Positions 58,739 to 64,000 of a stretch of 64,000 nucleotides of DNA are shown here, piece after piece (the stretch's first letter is position 1; each line of letters begins with the position of its first letter). The notes beneath the pieces are model-generated. The model had not been told where the DNA came from and searched no databases. It worked only from the letters and a program-made list of their open reading frames with translations. Source of the DNA: a virus (taxonomy: Duplodnaviria; Heunggongvirae; Uroviricota; Caudoviricetes); IMG/VR virus record IMGVR_UViG_3300030339_000005; one strand, 5' to 3'. The position numbers and the translations under genes were made by a program.

Positions 58739-61531
58739 TTATATATTTACAATAGTGCTAAAAACTAATCCTATATTTGAGCCAGTATTTTTTATATAGA
58801 ATTCTACTCCAGCTAATAAGGTTGGCTCATCAATTTGATAAGCTTCTGCTTCTGAAATAAAATTCGATGCAAAAAGTTTATACTTATCATATCAGAGATA
58901 ACGATCTAATGCTACAGGTTTTAATCTTAATAGTTCAACATCACTCATAAACCCAAGGTCTGTATTGTCAATCATTTTAAGATCTAAGAATAATGGTGCA
59001 GAATTAGGTGAATTCTCATCTCAAATTTTAACTACAGCTCCAGAAGTATAATTTATTGGGATCTCATTAATAGTTCCAATTAAATGTCCAGTTGGAAGTT
59101 CAGTGGTTAACTCTCCAATATTTTTTAAAGAAAATGTTTGTAAAGAAGTTATATAATCAATTCCTCCATATTTAAAATTTAATAAGAGTTCTGAATTTGT
59201 TTCTAGTGGTTGTTTCATATATAGATAAACTTTCTTTAAAACATTTCCCACTTTAACTTTTACTAGATCAAATAAATTGCTTGATAAAATAAATTTATCA
59301 GATTGTCCTGATAGATTAAATAAATTATAATCAAATAAATCTTCAGCTTGTTGTATTCCATTCAGAGTACGTTCGACAGCATATAAACCTGGAACTATAT
59401 CTTGGGAATAATTAGTTTCTTCAGTAAAAGAATAAGTTAATGCTTCATTTACATTACAAATTCTTGGATCATAATCATAACCAAAACTAATGCCATTATG
59501 TAAAATAACGTCTGTTTTAGTCGAAGAATTAGGATTAATATCAAGATTATTAAATAATATTTTTGTAAAATTATATAAATGGAATGGATAGTTACCACTA
59601 TCAGGATCAACAACTCTTAATGCAGTTGAACTTTCAAATTCTAATTGTAATCCTAAATTTTGAAAACTATTATTATCCACATTTTCAGATGTAACTAAAC
59701 TTGCCAATGATCCTATATATTTAAAATACGATAATAGTACATATCCATTAGGATATAAAGTTTCTAATGTTTGACTAGAAATTCCTAACTGTACAAAAAT
59801 ATTTGGTTTAGTAGCTTGAGAATATGTAATATCTATTAGATCTCCTCCGGAATTTCTTAATTCAACAATCGTAGCTTCTTTTATAGATAATTCTGGATGT
59901 GTAATATTTGGAACTCTAGTTGTAGCTTTTGTAATAAATTGAAGTTTAGTTGTAGTAGATGTAGTAACTAGACTACCAGTTAATGTATATTTTTCAATAT
60001 ATTTTTGAGGTATATTCTCATAATTAAATATAGGAATGATTTTATATGTAAAAGTTTTTCCGCTATCATTTTTTGATCGTTGAAATTGAATTACTTTTTG
60101 ACCATTAATTAATTCAAATTCAGATACATTATTTTTATCTATATACAAAATATCATCAATATATAATGAACATTTTGTAATAGATATTAGAGAAGACGTT
60201 GTTGTATTTACTCCTATTGTAACATCTCAAACTGGAGATGCCCCACTATAATTTGCAGTAATAGTAGGATCTGTTACTTCAAATAGATCAATATCTTCTA
60301 ATTCTAATTTAGCTACTAATTTACCTTTAAAGCGATTTTGTATATAACTAGAATAAGAACTACCATCAGTTGCTGAACCATCAGAACCTGTATTAAATCA
60401 ATAGTATAAATTCCCTAATTGATAAGTTCTTTTAAAATTATTAGTAATATCAATAGATCCATTTGATAGAACTTGATATATTTTTAATTTAAATAGTTTT
60501 CTAACAATTGTATTATCTGTATCAGTTGAATAACTTGATAAATAATCATACAGTGTTGGATAATTTGGGTAGACTCCTTCAATTTTTTCTACTTCTCCAA
60601 GATAAGTTCCATGAATTAAAATCAAGTCCTCTAATTCGGTTAAACTATTATAATTAGCGATAAAACCATAATTAACTAAATAGAATTTTTTAATTGATCC
60701 AAAATCAATACTTGCCATAGAGTGACCGCTGACATATTGTCCCGAACTTATAATAGGATTTTCAGTATATTCTCCTGGCAAATTAATTACAAACTCTAAA
60801 TTATCACCACCTGAAATAGTTAGATTTCCAAATTGTTGTTGTAATTCTAAACTACCAAAAGTTGTAGTATTATCAATTGTTTGATCTAATAAATCTCAAG
60901 TATTAAATTGAACACTTGCTGTTTTTCCTAATGAATTTGCTTGCTCTGGTGCAGGGTAACTTCCAACCTGTGTTTCAATTAAAGTAAATTCAGTTGGAAT
61001 ATCTTTTGCAAATAATTTTCAATTAACTTGGATATCAGTAGTTAATAAGGGAGCATTATCACCACTTGAAATATTAGTCTTTGCTTTATAATATCAAACT
61101 ACATCAAGATTTGTAATTAATCCTGTATTAATATCGGTGCTTTTAGTAATCTCCGTAATTTTAACGTAATCACCAGTAACATAAGATTTTAAAGATGAGT
61201 ATTCTTCAGGAATAGGAATAGTAATGCCTTGAGCTGTAATTGTTTGCACTCCTTTAGCTGATACTATATATAAAACTCCTCCATATTCTTTAACTCCCAA
61301 AGGAAAAAATCCTTCTCCTAAATTTACATCTTGCCAATTAGGATTATCTTCTGTGCCAGCATTATATTGAATAGGAATATTTCCCATATCATTTTGTAGC
61401 ATCATTTCATCCCCATTAAAAGTTATAAAAGAGCCATTAAGAACATCTGTTAATACATTATCTGGAGTTACCAAAGGATTGAGGTCTTTTACCATCCCTC
61501 CATTAAATCGATTTACACTCTCCTTTTTCAT
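58739..61531 (-). CDS. Tail stabilization (P22 gp10-like)/muzzle-type protein, N-terminal part (about 930 aa, code 4)
   Basis: NRFNGGMVKDLNPLVTPDNVLTDVLNGSFITFNGDEMMLQNDMGN...FFPLGVKEYGGVLYIVS; three fragments in frame. Confidence 0.75.
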
Positions 61532-62543
61532 ATTCTTTTATTAATTGTTTTCATGTTTTATCAGATGGGATAAAATTATGTTCATATGCCTCACCTAAAT
61601 ATTCTAAATCTCTAACTTTTAATGAATCTGCTCAATAAGCATAACCTTTAAATGTTTTTCTTTTAAATCTAAAAATATGTAAATGTTTAGCTTTATAATA
61701 TAATTCAGGTTTTAATTTTCTCGGAATTATATTAGTAAATCTTACAATACGTCTTGAAGATTCATTTTCTTGTACTCATCGTTCAAACCCTGTTGGATTT
61801 AAACCAATATAATAATAACCATCGAATGGTTCTTTTTTTCACCCTGCGATTTTTCTTAATTTTCGATCACGGCGAATACTGTATTCCTTAATTTGTTGCT
61901 CTGGAGTTAAAGTTAATTTACCAATATATGTATAACAATTTATATTCTTATTTGAGGCAATTGTAATAGCACAGCCAAATTTAATAGCCGAATGCATACG
62001 TCGAAAGCCATGTAATAAAAGACGTTTTAATTCTCCTTTAGGAATATCCATAAACCTTAAATGAACTTCGTCTAAAATATCATCTAATACTATATCTTTA
62101 GTTGTATAAAATTTAGTACCAGTATTAATTTTATTTAAAAATTTCTTTTTAAGATCTCCACCTAAGTAAATAGGAATTTCTTTTTGATAAGCTTTTGCTT
62201 TAAAGTAGTAATTAATTGCATAGCCAGTAAAATCTGATTCAATAAAGTCAATTTTGGAAAATCTTCCATTTTGACGTTGTTTTATAAATTTATCTCCAGA
62301 TACAATTTCAAAATCAATATATGCTTCTGAATTAACTGGAATTTTAAACCTAATTTTATCATCAATTATTTTATTAATCACTAAACCTATGCAGTATTTA
62401 AACGGAACAGAAATAGCATCTTCATATGAATTAGTACTTCCATAATTTCTAATTCATCATCTTCATGGTCTATTTGTGATTGACTTAGGAGTATTAGTAT
62501 ATAATTCTCCTGGAGTCAATCCATGATTAAATAAGATTCTCAC
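61503..62543 (-). CDS. crAss-type IHF/HU-like protein (about 346 aa, code 4, GTG start)
   Basis: GTG overlaps the upstream TAG; P-W-R-W-W-IRN (three TGAs); position between ring and stabilization genes matches crAss gene order. Confidence 0.65.
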
Positions 62544-63247
62544 TATCTTACTGGCTTAAATGATTTGCCAAATCGTTTTCTATCTCAAGAAGTTGCAACA
62601 TTTAAGATTTCGTCCATTTCATTTTGATTAATGTAAATAGGAACTCTAGCTTGTGTACACTTAATCTTCCATTGTTGTTCTAACATTTGAGCCATTTGCA
62701 TAGCAACTTGGTCTTTAGTCATTAATGCTTTTTTAAACATATTTGAATACATACAAAATGATGCAATTGCATCAACTTCTTTTTCATTTATATATGGAAG
62801 TCCTTCTTCATCAGCAATAAATCCTTTATATAGTACATTTAGTACATCAAATTTATCTGAAATATAAATACGATTTAATTCTTGTCTATATTTAACATAT
62901 TTTCCACTAACATATAGTGTTCCAGTATTAAATTTTCTGGATTCAACATAACCTTCAATTCATCCATTTTGGTTATTTCCAGCTAAGTTTGTTGGGGTTG
63001 TTTTTTGATAATCTTCATAGTTAGTTGTAATTGCCTCAATTACATCACAATTACAAGGAAGATCAATGTAATATTGTCCTAATCCATCTAATAATGGAGT
63101 AGTTTGATATTTATATAATCTATAAGATTTATTTCCAATTTTATCTCAAGCAATTAGACCAATAGTTTCAAATTCATCTGGATTAAGTTCTAATCCATAT
63201 AATTCTCGAGCTTGAGTATATGCAGTTTTAAAGGAGTATTGAGCCAT
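62543..63247 (-). CDS. Tail ring/tubular protein (about 234 aa, code 4), absent from ORF track
   Basis: MAQYSFKTAYTQARELYG...LIA-W-DKIGN...DLPCNCDVIEAIT...GLPYINEKEVDAIA...ATS-W-DRKRFGKSFKPVR*; 3 TGA and 1 TGG Trp codons. Confidence 0.85.
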
Positions 63248-63912
63248 TATTTAGGAGCTTGAGTATTAGGTGTAGGCTGAGTAGCTAATTGTCTATAATA
63301 TCTTAATTTCTTTTCAGTTAGACGTTTTTTAATCTCAGCACTTAAAAAAGAATAATTTTCTAAATCATCGTCAGCACAGCAACTATAACTTTCTAATTGT
63401 CTTGGATCTTTAAAGATTGCAATTACTGAAACTTTTTTTATGAATGGGGCATTAAAAATTCATACATCATAGAAATTATTTTCATTGGGTGTAGGCTCAA
63501 TATAAACAAAAGGAATTTGAGCTCCACGACGCATAAATTTATGAAATTGAAATGCTGTACTTGTGTAAATTTTAAATTGAACTTCTCTATTTACTGAACC
63601 TATAAATTCGATAGCTTCATCAGCGAAGTCGTTAACTAGTTGTGGGATCTCAAAATGTAATTCTGGTTTAGTATAGGTTGTACCACAAGGGCATCTATCT
63701 AATGATTTACAATCAACATCTACACAATTTATAGCCATTAACAAATCATTTCTTGGAATTAAGTTTTTTAAGGAGTATTCTTTAATAATCTGAAGTCTTT
63801 CATCAACTACATCATCTTCTAATTGTTCTAGAGACATTTTTGGTGTAGAAGTAATTCCAGCTAATCCGGTAACTACGTCATTATATATTGCAGATGCTAA
63901 TTTATGTACCAT
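63247..63912 (-). CDS. Tail ring/adaptor protein (about 221 aa, code 4)
   Basis: TGA at 63460 reads on: FYDV-W-IFNAPFIKKVSVIAIFKDPRQLE; TAATG-coupled. Confidence 0.8.
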
Positions 63913-63914
63913 AT

Positions 63915-63957
63915 GGTTTAAAATAAGAAAAGGCAGGCAAGTGCTGCCCGCCTTTTC
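63915..63957 (-). terminator. Intrinsic terminator upstream of the ring genes
   Basis: Minus-strand GAAAAGGCGGGCA-GCACT-TGCCTGCCTTTTC followed by TTATTTT. Confidence 0.8.
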
Positions 63958-63980
63958 AATTATTAAATAAGTAAGAAAGG

Positions 63981-64000
63981 TTATGCTTGAACAGTAATAG
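63981..64000 (-). CDS. C-terminal end of the upstream gene (...ITVQA*), possibly the major capsid protein
   Basis: TAA at 63981 just before a terminator; identity is inferred from crAss gene order only. Confidence 0.3.

Noticed and set aside
12047-63912. Fragmented ORFs as pseudogenes, frameshifts or sequencing errors
   Set aside because: Fragments of each gene stay in one frame, are broken only by TGA, and the TGAs restore conserved Trp residues.
12047-63912. TGA as Gly (code 25) or selenocysteine
   Set aside because: Family motifs call for Trp (F-W-MK, GLAQ-W, S-W-DRK), and the number of TGAs is far beyond Sec usage.
12047-63912. TAG recoding (code 15)
   Set aside because: TAG occurs at gene ends followed closely by the next start or a terminator (20635, 16734, 45953, 62543) and is not needed to open any frame examined.
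1-64000. Mycoplasma-like code-4 bacterial chromosome
   Set aside because: Gene content and order are those of a crAss-like phage, and at least one + strand gene appears to use TGA as a true stop.
1-64000. CRISPR array, diversity-generating retroelement, integrase or transposase
   Set aside because: No regularly spaced repeats, RT motifs, TR/VR pair or recombinase motifs were recognised. The duplicated modules at 49195-50612 are divergent protein repeats, not an adenine-specific TR/VR pair.

Overview
Part of a crAss-like (Crassvirales) phage genome, probably infecting Bacteroidota, with two genetic codes. The + strand block (2-10977) holds DNA and nucleotide metabolism genes in the standard code: metallophosphoesterase, DUF932-like, dUTPase, ATP-dependent ligase, thioredoxin, SEC-C protein, ThyX and DUF5664. 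The - strand block (12047-63912) is the virion/late module, and it reads TGA as Trp. The many short ORF-track fragments share reading frames and join across TGA into about 22 genes. These include ring proteins, an IHF-like protein, muzzle/stabilization proteins, a tail-appendage cassette, a DUF192 protein and four giant cargo/ejection-type proteins: about 3053 aa with an SF1 helicase, about 3312 aa single-chain virion RNA polymerase (GSDFDIDK) with an inserted zincin, about 1299 aa with a zincin, and about 1559 aa with a degenerate PD-(D/E)xK domain. TGA=Trp is pinned by family-conserved Trp positions (DUF192 F-W-MK, lysozyme GLAQ-W, ring protein S-W-DRK). The most intriguing spot is the junction at 10980-12050: a roughly 260-nt non-coding, multi-hairpin + strand RNA candidate ending in a terminator, then a + strand lysozyme gene whose catalytic domain lies behind in-frame TGAs. 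Limits: gene joins were checked by frame arithmetic and by hand-translating many, but not all, gaps. No database searches were run, so family names come from recalled motifs. No tRNA, release factor, CRISPR array or reverse transcriptase was seen.
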